Part shown: positions 28,969-38,568 of the stretch, piece after piece | Layout of the letters: every line of letters starts with the position of its first letter | How positions within the stretch are numbered: position 1 is the stretch's first letter | From: Myxococcota bacterium | Lineage (GTDB): Bacteria > Myxococcota_A > Polyangia > Nannocystales > Nannocystaceae | Reading direction: 5' to 3' | NCBI GenBank assembly: GCA_039028615.1 | Contig: JBCCHT010000023.1 | Location: forward strand, 32,001-96,000 | Length of the DNA stretch: 64,000 nt | The notes under the pieces: generated by a model | Database searches by the model: none | Seen by the model: only the letters and a program-made list of their open reading frames with translations | Told to the model about the DNA's origin: nothing | Translations under genes and position numbers: made by a program

Positions 28969-31900
28969 CTACGACTCGAACAGGGCCACGATCCGGGCTT
29001 CATCGGGGTGCGTGAACACGGCCGGATCGGCCAGCGCCCTGCCGTCCAGATGTGCCCGAAGCGCCGCCAGGTCCCGCGTCGTTCGAGCATCGAGATCGAC
29101 ATTCGCCGTCGCCCCGAGCGCCCTGTCCAGCACCTCGCGGGCGGTTTCCCGATCGCCCGTCGCCAACAGCGACAGCGTCGACTCCACGGCCAGCTCACCG
29201 AACCCATAGCCGACCGCCCCCCGCTCGATGGCCTCGTCCAGCACTCGGATCCCGCGGATCTGGGCCCGAGCGTGATCGCCGAGCACATGCATCACGCGAA
29301 CCTCGACGCCCATGAATTCCACCTGCTCCAGGTCCCCGAGCGGGCCATCGCCGACGAGTTCAGCGCGACGCCGCCGAATCTCGTCGACATCGCCGTCCCG
29401 CAGCGCCTGCCGCAGGCGCAGCGCGAGCAGAGTGCTGCCCGCGCTGGCATCGGGTTGCCGCTGGAACAGCGCATCGAGCTGCGCGAGCGCATCGTCGAAG
29501 CGAGGGTCCCCCGCCCGCTCGAACACGTTGACGAGGGTGGCGCTCGGTGCCCCGACCCTCGGGTGGTCCTCCCCGAGCAACCGGTCGGTCCGCTCGATCG
29601 CACTGACGCACGCCCGCTCGGCCTCGGCGTGGCGCCCGGACAGCATCAGGGCTTCACACCGCAGAAGATCGAGGTCCGCCCGCCACGGATGATCTTCGTC
29701 GACCAGCGACTCGCGCAGCGCCTGAGCATCGTCGAGTCGCTTCAGGGCCTGGGTGTAGCGCCCGCGCCGTTGGTCGATGATCGCCAGGTTCTGCACGTTC
29801 ACGGCCGCGTTGCGCTTGGTGCCGAGCCCCCCCTGCACATGCATGCGCAGCGTCTCCTCGAAGATCGCCTCGGCCTCGTCGAGCTTGCCTTGCAATAGGG
29901 TCACCGCCCCCAGGTTGGAGAACGGCACCAGCCGATAGGGATGATCGGGACCCAGCGTGCGCTCGGCCTGCCGCAATGCCCGGCGCAGATACTCTTCGGA
30001 TTCGTTGTGGCGGCCCGGCCAGCGGATGAGCAGCACCCCGAGCTCGTCGTACAGGTTGGCGAGCCGAGGGCTCTCATCACCAAAGAACTCCTGCTCGAGT
30101 TCCATGGCGCCTTGCAGGAGCACCTCGGACTCTTCGAAGTTGCCCGACTCTCGCTCGAGGCGCGCGAACACAAGGCCGTGGATCACCCGCATGCGGCTGG
30201 AGACCAGCCCCTGGGCGACCCGCTGCGCGGCCAACTCGAGCAGGGAGCGGCTCACCGGGTAGCGCCCCACGCCGAGCTCGAGTTCGGCGAGGCGGATCAT
30301 CACCGTGGTCTCCAGCTCCCCACGCCCCGCCTTGGCGGCCAAGGCCATGGCGGAGTGCAGGCTCGCCCGGGCATCGTTCTTGTCGGTGTCGGAGAGTAGC
30401 TGGCCATGCAGCGCGCTCGCCCGGGCCATGCCGTCGATGTCTCCGGCGCTGCGAGCCAACTCGAGCGCGTCGAGAGCAGCCGGGATCCCCTCCTCCCGGC
30501 GCTCGAGGTTGAGAGAGGAGAGGCCATCGGCCAAGTGCGACTCGATCTCCAGCACCGTGTCGCGATCGAGCGGCGCGAGACCGGAGGCCTCGACCGGTTC
30601 GAGGCACTCCTTGGGTGCGGGCAGGCTCACCGCGCTACGGGTCGCGCTGCGAATGGTGGCCGCATCGGAGCGCTGGAGCTGAGTGGTCAACGCGGCCAGT
30701 CGGCGCAAGCGCTTGTCGAGGCAAAGCGACGCGGCCGAGAGCTGGGGCCGGTTGGCGCCCCCGTCGATCGTGGCCCGACACACATCGTGCCGAGCCTCCG
30801 CCCACTCTCCGGCCCAGGCCTCCACCGCCGTCTCAACGCGATCGGCCGTGTCCGCGGCATAGGCCAGCTCGGACGCCACCATGGAGTCCCGAATCTCGCC
30901 CCGTACGGTCGCGTTCCAGACCCCGTCGAGGGCGGGATGGGTCGAGCAGCTCGCGTAGCGTCCCTGGTCGATCTGGTATCCACCCAGACCCACGAGGCCC
31001 GCCGTGGCGACGGCGGCTGCGGCCATGAACCATCGGCGACGGCGTTGATGCGGGTCGTCGGCCAGCGCAGCGAGCAGCTCCCCCATCGACGCGAAGCGCT
31101 CCTCGGCCCGAGGAGCCAGGCCACGAGCGATCACGGCGGCGATCCAGCCCGGCACTCGCTCGGCGTCGAACGATGGTGGGTCCTGCCGTTTCGCGACGAG
31201 CAGCTCTCCGGCGGTGAGCCCATCGAAGGGCCGTCGACCGTGCAGCATCTCGTAGAGCGTCACGCAGAAGGCGTACTGATCGGCTCTCGCGTCGAGCGGG
31301 TCGCCGTTTTGTTGCTCCGGCGACATGTACGGGGGCGTACCCACGACGCTCGACGAGCCGAGCGGGCCCTTCTTCCCCGCCGCCCGGGCGACGTCGACCA
31401 GCCGCGACAAACCGAAGTCCATCACCCGCGGGTGCCCGTCCTCGTCGAACATCACGTTGGACGGCTTGAAGTCCAGGTGCAGGATCCCGCGCTCGTGCGC
31501 CGCACTCAGGCCCCGGCCCGCATCGGCCAGGACCCCCACGATCTCCTGATGACTCCGGGGTGCGGCCTCGACCCATTCTCGTAGCGATGACCCGGGCAAG
31601 AACTCCATCACGATGAACACCCCGCCCGAGGGTGCTTCGCCGACGTCGTACACCGTGGCCACATGGCGATGAACGACCTTGGCCATCGCCCGCGCCTCTT
31701 CGAGTAGATCGATTTCCTGCTCCCCGGCGGTGTCCAGCGTGCGTGCCGGCTCGATGTGCAGCAGCTTGATCGCGACCCGCCGCGCGAGCTCGGGGTCGTA
31801 GGCCTCGTAGACCGTGCCGAACCCACCCTGGCCCACGCGATCGACCACGACGTAGCGCCCCAGCTGCTCCGGCCGCGACTTGGCGGTGCTATCACCGAAG

Positions 31901-32013
31901 AGCAGGCCATCGACCTGGTCGAGCAACGCGATGTCCTGCATCGGATCGGAGCGACCCGCCCGGCGGAGCAATCGACGAAAACGATCGTCGGGGGCCTCTC
32001 CGCTGCTGCTCAC
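28969..32013 (-). CDS. Membrane Ser/Thr protein kinase with TPR repeats (non-RD)
   Basis: GQGGFG, AIK, HLDFKPSN, DFG, GTPPYMSPE; LGPDHP repeats; 4-bp overlap with sigma gene. Confidence 0.92.
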   Translation of the reverse strand: MSSSGEAPDDRFRRLLRRAGRSDPMQDIALLDQVDGLLFGDSTAKSRPEQLGRYVVVDRVGQGGFGTVYEAYDPELARRVAIKLLHIEPARTLDTAGEQEIDLLEEARAMAKVVHRHVATVYDVGEAPSGGVFIVMEFLPGSSLREWVEAAPRSHQEIVGVLADAGRGLSAAHERGILHLDFKPSNVMFDEDGHPRVMDFGLSRLVDVARAAGKKGPLGSSSVVGTPPYMSPEQQNGDPLDARADQYAFCVTLYEMLHGRRPFDGLTAGELLVAKRQDPPSFDAERVPGWIAAVIARGLAPRAEERFASMGELLAALADDPHQRRRRWFMAAAAVATAGLVGLGGYQIDQGRYASCSTHPALDGVWNATVRGEIRDSMVASELAYAADTADRVETAVEAWAGEWAEARHDVCRATIDGGANRPQLSAASLCLDKRLRRLAALTTQLQRSDAATIRSATRSAVSLPAPKECLEPVEASGLAPLDRDTVLEIESHLADGLSSLNLERREEGIPAALDALELARSAGDIDGMARASALHGQLLSDTDKNDARASLHSAMALAAKAGRGELETTVMIRLAELELGVGRYPVSRSLLELAAQRVAQGLVSSRMRVIHGLVFARLERESGNFEESEVLLQGAMELEQEFFGDESPRLANLYDELGVLLIRWPGRHNESEEYLRRALRQAERTLGPDHPYRLVPFSNLGAVTLLQGKLDEAEAIFEETLRMHVQGGLGTKRNAAVNVQNLAIIDQRRGRYTQALKRLDDAQALRESLVDEDHPWRADLDLLRCEALMLSGRHAEAERACVSAIERTDRLLGEDHPRVGAPSATLVNVFERAGDPRFDDALAQLDALFQRQPDASAGSTLLALRLRQALRDGDVDEIRRRRAELVGDGPLGDLEQVEFMGVEVRVMHVLGDHARAQIRGIRVLDEAIERGAVGYGFGELAVESTLSLLATGDRETAREVLDRALGATANVDLDARTTRDLAALRAHLDGRALADPAVFTHPDEARIVALFES

Positions 32014-32636
32014 GACGCTTCGTCCTCGTCCGATCGATCGCGCAGCGACCCGGCCCAGCGCTCGAGGTTGCCGACCGTGCTCTCGCGCAGGGCCGGATCA
32101 TCGGTGAGCTGCTCGACCGTGGCCTGCAGCTTCTCGCGCGCCCGCCGAAGCCGGCTCTTGACCGTGCCCCGCGGGATCCCCATCACCTCCGCGATGGCCC
32201 CCGTGCCCAGGTCTTCCCAGTAGTGCAGCTCGATGACCAGCTGCAGATCGAGGGGCAGTCGTCGGAGCGCTTGGAGCAACAAGCGTTGCTCGGCCGCCTG
32301 GGCCACCGCCCGCGACGGGGTCACATCGTTGGCCGGCGTGCCCTCGGAGACCGCGTCCTTTCGGCCTCGCATCGACTTCTTGCTCTGGCGCAGCCACGTC
32401 ACCAGCACGCGCCGCGCGATGCCCAGCAGGTAGACCCGGAACTCCAGATCGCCGGGCACCCGGTCCCGCGATTCGACCGCGCCCAGCATCGTCTTTTGCA
32501 CGAGGTCGGCGATTCGATCGGACGGCACCTTGTCGCGAAAGAAGCGCGAGAGCATCGGTAGATGGCGGCGAAGCAGCAAGCTACCCGCGTCTCGCTCCCC
32601 GTCGCGCCATCTCCGCAGCAGCTCGATGTCCGCCAC
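32010..32636 (-). CDS. ECF RNA polymerase sigma factor
   Basis: DLVQKTML, FRVYLLGIARR, IAEVMGIPRGTVKSRLRRAR. Confidence 0.9.
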   Translation of the reverse strand: MADIELLRRWRDGERDAGSLLLRRHLPMLSRFFRDKVPSDRIADLVQKTMLGAVESRDRVPGDLEFRVYLLGIARRVLVTWLRQSKKSMRGRKDAVSEGTPANDVTPSRAVAQAAEQRLLLQALRRLPLDLQLVIELHYWEDLGTGAIAEVMGIPRGTVKSRLRRAREKLQATVEQLTDDPALRESTVGNLERWAGSLRDRSDEDEAS

Positions 32637-32780
32637 TTCCCACAGGATTCCACGTTCCTACGTTTTTTTCACGGAACGGTGATCCATTCCGACGCTTTTA
32701 CGAACCCCCCAACAGAGCCCGACCCCGAAGCGAGCCCTCCCCGCATTTCCGCAGCCAGCTGCGCCTCCCGGATCCCCTTC

Positions 32781-33920
32781 ATGATGCGTCCGTTCACCGC
32801 CCGCTGCCTGGGCTGCCTCGCCCTGCTCGCGCTCGCCAACTGCGGCACCACGGACCGCGACGACAACCCCTTCGATAGCTCTGCGCTGGAGACCGCGACC
32901 ACCAACGGCGCCAGCGAGGACTCGACCATGGGCGGCAGCGGGGAGGGCCAAGCCGACGGCAGCGGCTCCAACTCGGCCGACGGCACCGACGACGGCGATG
33001 ATGATGATGACGGCACTCCCAAGCTCGACATCATGGGCGGGGCCGACGATGGCATCGGCGAGCAGGAGGGCTGCCGGGGCATCGATTTCCTGTTCGTGAT
33101 CGACAACTCGGGCTCGATGGAGGACGAGCAGGCCAACTTGCTCGCGAGCTTCCCCGGCTTCGTGCAGGCCATGCAGGGTGCGTTGGCCGAATCGGCCCAG
33201 AGCTTCCGCGTGATGGTGGTCGACACCGACGGCATCGGTACCGGCTGCGCCCCCATCTGCGACATGTTCGGCCCCATGGGCTACTGCAGCGGCATCTCCT
33301 GCGCCGGTGAGCAGTGTGACGTCAACGTGGGCGGAGGCAACACGGTCAACCGCTCCAACGGGAGTGACTGTGGTCTACCCGGGGGCAGACGCTACGCCGA
33401 CACGGCGGACACCGACATCACCAGCGCCTTCAACTGCATGGCCCGAGTCGGCACGACCGGCAGCGGCGTCGAGCTCGTCGCCGACAGCCTCCAGACCGCC
33501 CTGTCCCCCGACTACCTCGGTGCGGGTGGCTGCAACGCCGAGTTCATTCGCGACGACGCCGTCCTGGTGGTCACCATCATCACCGACGAAGACGACGCGG
33601 GCAACGACCCCTACATGACCAGCCCGGGCGAACCCGCCGGTTGGTACAACGACTTGGCCGCGGTCAAGAACTACGACCCCGATGCCGTCGTCGTGCTCGG
33701 CCTGCTCGGCGACACCAACGAGCCCGGCGGCATCTGTACGCCCTACGAAGACGGCACGGGCGACGGGGCCGAGAACGCCACGCGACTGCGGGAGTTCGTA
33801 CAGCTATTCGGAGACAAAGGCCTGCTCGGCAGCGTCTGCGCGCCCAACTACACCTCGTTCTTCGACGAGGCCGTGGGGCTCATCGACACGACCTGCCAGG
33901 ACTTCGAGCCGGAGGGGTAA
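32781..33920 (+). CDS. Cys-rich lipoprotein with VWA-like domain
   Basis: Lipobox LANC; IDFLFVIDNSGSM MIDAS-like motif; ITDEDD. Confidence 0.8.
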   Translation: MMRPFTARCLGCLALLALANCGTTDRDDNPFDSSALETATTNGASEDSTMGGSGEGQADGSGSNSADGTDDGDDDDDGTPKLDIMGGADDGIGEQEGCRGIDFLFVIDNSGSMEDEQANLLASFPGFVQAMQGALAESAQSFRVMVVDTDGIGTGCAPICDMFGPMGYCSGISCAGEQCDVNVGGGNTVNRSNGSDCGLPGGRRYADTADTDITSAFNCMARVGTTGSGVELVADSLQTALSPDYLGAGGCNAEFIRDDAVLVVTIITDEDDAGNDPYMTSPGEPAGWYNDLAAVKNYDPDAVVVLGLLGDTNEPGGICTPYEDGTGDGAENATRLREFVQLFGDKGLLGSVCAPNYTSFFDEAVGLIDTTCQDFEPEG

Positions 33921-33973
33921 GAGAAACAAAAGAAGCAATCGTATGGCCTCGTAGGAGGCAGCCACGTCCAGTC

Positions 33974-34018
33974 GGCCACTCGCGGGAAAAACCCTCCGCG
34001 AGTGGCCATCCTTTTTTT
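33974..34018 (+). terminator. Rho-independent terminator
   Basis: Perfect 12-bp stem GGCCACTCGCGG/CCGCGAGTGGCC with a T7 run 4 nt downstream, between convergent genes. Confidence 0.8.
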
Positions 34019-34033
34019 GCAAACGGTGCGCAG

Positions 34034-34684
34034 CTACGCGCGGGTCGGTCGGACGAACGCGTCGCGTTGCTGCTCGATCGTCGCCCGGAACTCGCAGCCC
34101 TCGAGGTGGTCGTTGACCAGCCCCATCGCCTGCATGAAGGCGTAGACGGTGGTCGGCCCCACGAAGCTCCAGCCCCGGGCGCGCAGGTCCTTGCTGAGCG
34201 CGGTCGACTCGGGGGTGGAGGTCAGCTTCCGCAACGCCGCGTGCGTGAAGCGCTTGGGGCGAGAGGCGGGGCTCGGCTCGAAGCTCCAGAAATAGGCGGC
34301 GAGCGAGCCCCACTCGTCGACCAACTCACGGGCCCGCTTGGCGTTGTTGATGGTGGACTCGATCTTGCCGCGGTGCCGCACGATCCCCGCGTCCTTCAGC
34401 AAGCGCTCGACGCTGCGGCGGTTGAAGCGGGCGACCTTGTCGAAATCGAAGCCGGCGAACGCCTTCCGAAAATTCTCGCGCTTGCGCAAGATCGTCAGCC
34501 AGCTGAGCCCCGACTGAAATCCCTCGAGGCAGATCTTCTCGAACAGGCGGTGGTCGTCGCCCACCGGCACGCCCCACTCCTCGTCGTGATAGATGCAGTA
34601 GTCCTCGCGGTCGCCGGGCCACCAGCACCGTACGACCCCGTCTTCGCCTCGCATGAGGCCCTTGGCCAGGCGTTTGCTCGCCAC
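34034..34684 (-). CDS. tag: DNA-3-methyladenine glycosylase I
   Basis: YHDEEWG, LEGFQSGLSWLTILRKR, GIVRHRGKI, FVGPTTVYAFMQAMGLVNDH. Confidence 0.95.
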   Translation of the reverse strand: MASKRLAKGLMRGEDGVVRCWWPGDREDYCIYHDEEWGVPVGDDHRLFEKICLEGFQSGLSWLTILRKRENFRKAFAGFDFDKVARFNRRSVERLLKDAGIVRHRGKIESTINNAKRARELVDEWGSLAAYFWSFEPSPASRPKRFTHAALRKLTSTPESTALSKDLRARGWSFVGPTTVYAFMQAMGLVNDHLEGCEFRATIEQQRDAFVRPTRA

Positions 34685-34756
34685 CGATCGACCGTACCGT
34701 AGCGCCGCCGCGTGTCACAACCGGCGCGCGATGCTACGGGCACCGCAGCTCGTCGC

Positions 34757-35521
34757 TCACTCCGGGGTGCCCGACTCCGAGCCGGACCCGGAGTCCGAGC
34801 CCGACTCCGAGCCTGAGTCGGAGCCTGAGTCCGCCCCCGAGTCCGAAGAGCCCTCGGTCGCGTTGCCCGTCGAGTCACCTTCGCTGCCGCCGGTCCCTCC
34901 CGTGCTCGCTTCGGTGGCCGACTCGGTCTCGGCGTCCGTGTCGGTGGCTTCGCCCGCGTCACCGGTCGACGTCGGCATGTAGTCACACGAGTCGGGATCG
35001 TTGGGAGACCCGCCGACGTTGCACCCCGGGCTCTTGTTGTGGACGAGCACGCCGTTGGCGACGAAGTTGTGGAGCTCGGACTCCACCGTGATGTCGAATA
35101 CCCGATGCACGCCAGCGTCGGTCCGCACCGCTTGGACGCGCACGACCTCGGTGCCCTGCTCGTTCACCCGCAGCATCGTCTCGGCCTTGCCCTCCAAGAA
35201 GCTCACCGCCGGGAGGTAGGTGCCCGTCTCCGCCACGTACACGGGGTGATCGGGCGTGCACACCAACGACGTGGAGCCGAGCTGCAGCGTCAGGCACTCC
35301 CGCGTCGCCGTGCGTATCGCCGTCACCCGCGTGGCATGACGCTCTCCGCTGCCCGGATCCACCGCCCACACGAGATCGCCGACCGCCAGCGTCTCGATCG
35401 CGCGCAGCCCCGAGGGCGTGGCCACCCGCGCTCCCTCGGCCACACACGAGGTTTCTTCAATAATGCAGCCCGAGGTCAGCGCCAGCGCCCCGAGCCCCGC
35501 GATCGTCCATCGAATGTTCAT
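34757..35521 (-). CDS. Lipoprotein with Hint (bacterial intein-like) domain and acidic low-complexity tail
   Basis: Lipobox TSGC(19); Hint C26 (CVAEG) ... TPDH ... VFDITV..HNFVANGVLVHN162. Confidence 0.88.
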   Translation of the reverse strand: MNIRWTIAGLGALALTSGCIIEETSCVAEGARVATPSGLRAIETLAVGDLVWAVDPGSGERHATRVTAIRTATRECLTLQLGSTSLVCTPDHPVYVAETGTYLPAVSFLEGKAETMLRVNEQGTEVVRVQAVRTDAGVHRVFDITVESELHNFVANGVLVHNKSPGCNVGGSPNDPDSCDYMPTSTGDAGEATDTDAETESATEASTGGTGGSEGDSTGNATEGSSDSGADSGSDSGSESGSDSGSGSESGTPE

Positions 35522-35568
35522 GACCAAGTCCTGAGCGAGCAACGAGCCCACCACCGGACTCACGACGA

Positions 35569-35595
35569 TAGTGCCCCCACGGCGCGTCACGATCA
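35569..35595 (-). promoter_or_regulatory. Putative ECF promoter TGATC-N16-GCACTA
   Basis: Repeated motif; A6 tract upstream; about 48 nt before Hint lipoprotein ATG. Confidence 0.6.
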
Positions 35596-35629
35596 CGCGG
35601 ATTCGTCGTTTTTTGCCCCCGCGGCGGAA

Positions 35630-36436
35630 CTACTCGGTCAAGTACTGGCCCTTGATGCGCTCCGATAGCTTGTCGACCTCGGGGAACACCGAGAACTTGT
35701 TGATCCCGAAGGTCCGGAGCTGATTTCGTACGTGTTCGGGCTCGGTGACCTCGATGCATGCGAGGTGCGCCAGTTCCTTTGGGGCCTGAGCGAAAATCTC
35801 CTCGATCGGAGTCGAGTCGATGCCGTGCACCGTGAACACACCTTGTTGAGCCACGATTCGCGGCGTCGTGCGCTGCGGGTAGATGGCGATGGGCTTGCTG
35901 TTGTCGTACTTCTTGTCCTCGTGCTGAAACTTCGTGGTCTGCTCACGCTCCTTGACGACCGAAGGCAACCAGTTGGCAGCGAAGCTGAGTCCGGCCGCGA
36001 AGATGGCATCGATCCCGCAGGTCATCCGATTGAGAGTGCCTGCATCCATGATCCACACGCAGGGTGCATCGGCCGCGGGAGGGTCACAGACCGCGAAGTA
36101 TAGGGCTACCAGCGGGGAGAGGCTCCAGTCGGTCAGTCGGGTCGGCAAGCCATAGTGCTGCGCAGCGAAATACCACCCCCATTCGTCCCTCGGCAGCCGG
36201 CCCAAGTAGAGCTCGGCTTCGGCCCTGAACACGTGGAACATCGAGACCTCGTCGCACTTTCTCCACACCGCTCCTGGCAAGATCGAATACTTCTTGCTGA
36301 TGCTGCCGCGGTACCACAACTCCATTTCCGCCACGCCGTTCTCCTCCAGATCGGCCCCCCACTTCCCGCTGACCGACTCGACCGCGCTGACGAAACCCTG
36401 GAGATTCTTCACCGTGCGCTTCAACAACTTGGGCAT
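35630..36436 (-). CDS. FRG domain protein
   Basis: WYRG, AQHYGLPTRLTDWS.SPLVALYFAV, RIVAQQGVFT. Confidence 0.9.
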   Translation of the reverse strand: MPKLLKRTVKNLQGFVSAVESVSGKWGADLEENGVAEMELWYRGSISKKYSILPGAVWRKCDEVSMFHVFRAEAELYLGRLPRDEWGWYFAAQHYGLPTRLTDWSLSPLVALYFAVCDPPAADAPCVWIMDAGTLNRMTCGIDAIFAAGLSFAANWLPSVVKEREQTTKFQHEDKKYDNSKPIAIYPQRTTPRIVAQQGVFTVHGIDSTPIEEIFAQAPKELAHLACIEVTEPEHVRNQLRTFGINKFSVFPEVDKLSERIKGQYLTE

Positions 36437-36833
36437 ACCGAAATCGATTTTACATGACCGACATCGGCTCGACTCGACCCCATCACAGCTCTCGTCGAGG
36501 TATTGCCACCGCAGCGACGCATCAGGATGCCGCAGGCCCGACGACTCTCACGACTGACAAACGACCTTCGGCATGCGAGCCCACCGACGCGGAACGCCTG
36601 GTGCCGCGAGCGGTCCACCCGACAACGCGCGGGCTCCCCAAAGACCCCCGCGCGACCGTCACCACCCTGATGGTGCCTTTCGAGCGAGTAGCGAACTCGA
36701 CAGCCGTGGCGCAGATCGCCGCCGAGCGCTCCGCTGCGATTCTGCTAGAGTCCGTCGCGTCTTCGGGGGCAACGCTAGCGCATCATGCGCTAGGAGGGCG
36801 CGGCGTCCCGGTGTCCCCACACCCAGAGGACTC

Positions 36834-38021
36834 ATGGGCGACGCACAAAGCTCCACTTCCGGCACCGTCGACGCGGACGATGCACCCTGCCCCTTCCCCA
36901 CCGTCGGCATCCTCGGTGGCGGTCAGCTCGGTCGGATGATGGCCGCGGCCGCGATGCCCCTCGGGGTCGATGTTCGCTTCTACCAAGACGTCGACGCGGG
37001 ACCGGCCTCGCCCGCGGCTCATGTGACCACGGCGGCGTGGACCGATGCCGACGCGCTGAAGTCGTTTCTCGATGGCTGCTCGGTGGTCACGCTCGACAAC
37101 GAATGGGTCGATCTCGAGGCGCTGTCCAAGCTGCTGCCCGCGGGGGTGAAGCTGTGGCCCTCGCCCGACACGATGGCGCTCATCAGCGACAAGGGCCGGC
37201 AAAAGGACCACGCGCGTGCGCAGGGGCTGCCGCTGGGCGAGTACCGGGTCTGCGACAGCCTCGAAGGAGCGCTGGAGGCCGCGAAGACCCTGGGCTACCC
37301 CATGGTCGCCAAGCGACCGCACCACAGCTACGACGGCTACGGCAACGCGACGGTGCGCGATGAAGCCGAGCTTCGGACGGCGTACGAGAAGCTGGTCGGC
37401 GACGACGGGCGACTGTTGCTCGAGGCGTTCGTGGACTTCGTGCGCGAGCTGGCGGTGATGGTCGCGCGACGACCGGGCGGCGAGGACGTGGCCTATCCCG
37501 TCGCGCACACGGTGCAACGCGACCATCGCTGCGATGCGGTCGAGGTGCCGGCTCCGGTCTCCGACACGGTGACCTCGGCCGCGGCCGAGCTGGCCCGCAA
37601 GGTCGCCGCCGTCTACGGCTGCGTAGGCGTGGTGGGCGTGGAGCTGTTCGAGCTGGCCGACGGCACGCTGCTGGTCAACGAACTCGCTCCGCGACCGCAC
37701 AACTCCGGGCACTACACCATCGATGCCTGCGTGACCTCGCAGTTCGAAAACCACCTGCGAGCGGTGCTCGACCTCCCCCTCGGCAGCCCCGCGCTCAAGC
37801 GACCCGCCGCGGTGATGATCAACGTGCTCGGGCACCGCAAGGGCAGCACGTCCGCCGCGAGCCTGGGCCAGGCCCTCGCCGTGTCCGAGGCGTCGATTCA
37901 CCTGTACGGCAAGCAAAACGTACGACCCGGCCGAAAGATGGGGCACGTGACCGCCCTGGCCGATACCCTCGAAGCCGCCGAAGCGCTCGCCCGCGAAGCG
38001 GCCGACCACCTCCGCCTCTGA
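36834..38021 (+). CDS. purK: N5-carboxyaminoimidazole ribonucleotide synthase
   Basis: [43 protein letters not shown]. Confidence 0.96.
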   Translation: MGDAQSSTSGTVDADDAPCPFPTVGILGGGQLGRMMAAAAMPLGVDVRFYQDVDAGPASPAAHVTTAAWTDADALKSFLDGCSVVTLDNEWVDLEALSKLLPAGVKLWPSPDTMALISDKGRQKDHARAQGLPLGEYRVCDSLEGALEAAKTLGYPMVAKRPHHSYDGYGNATVRDEAELRTAYEKLVGDDGRLLLEAFVDFVRELAVMVARRPGGEDVAYPVAHTVQRDHRCDAVEVPAPVSDTVTSAAAELARKVAAVYGCVGVVGVELFELADGTLLVNELAPRPHNSGHYTIDACVTSQFENHLRAVLDLPLGSPALKRPAAVMINVLGHRKGSTSAASLGQALAVSEASIHLYGKQNVRPGRKMGHVTALADTLEAAEALAREAADHLRL

Positions 38022-38043
38022 GCGAACCACGGAGACCGAAGCG

Positions 38044-38562
38044 ATGACCAAGCCTCAGCCCCTGGTCGGCATCTGCATGGGCAGCAAGTCCGACCTCCCC
38101 GTCATGACCGCCGCCGCGGACATCCTCCGCAGCTTCGAGATCCCCCACGAGGTCCGCATCATCTCGGCTCATCGCACGCCGATCGCAATGGTCGAGTACG
38201 GCCAGACCGCGGTCGAGCGCGGGCTCGAGGTGATCATCGCGGGGGCCGGCGGTGCCGCCCACCTGCCGGGCATGCTCGCGTCCCTCACCCCGCTGCCCGT
38301 CATTGGCGTGCCGGTACCCCTCGCGCGCCTCGACGGAATGGACTCGCTGATGTCGATCGTGCAGATGCCCAAGGGCACGCCCGTGGCCACGGTCGCGATC
38401 GGTCAGGCCGCCAATGCGGGCCACCTCGCGGCGCGCATCCTCGGCGTCGGGCGGGCCTCGATCCGCGCGGCCATCGAGGGCTATCAGAAGCAGCAGGTGG
38501 TGACCGTGGGTGGTCACGACGACGAAGTGGCCGCGTCGTTCCGCGACGGCACGAACGAGTAG
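38044..38562 (+). CDS. purE: N5-carboxyaminoimidazole ribonucleotide mutase
   Basis: [36 protein letters not shown]. Confidence 0.97.
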   Translation: MTKPQPLVGICMGSKSDLPVMTAAADILRSFEIPHEVRIISAHRTPIAMVEYGQTAVERGLEVIIAGAGGAAHLPGMLASLTPLPVIGVPVPLARLDGMDSLMSIVQMPKGTPVATVAIGQAANAGHLAARILGVGRASIRAAIEGYQKQQVVTVGGHDDEVAASFRDGTNE

Positions 38563-38568
38563 TCGGGT

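Noticed and set aside
34760..34860. GACTCCGAGCC-type repeats
   Set aside because: Coding SDSG/SESG low-complexity tail of the Hint protein
35036..35446. True mobile intein
   Set aside because: The +1 residue is Lys, there is no homing endonuclease, and no conserved host protein is interrupted
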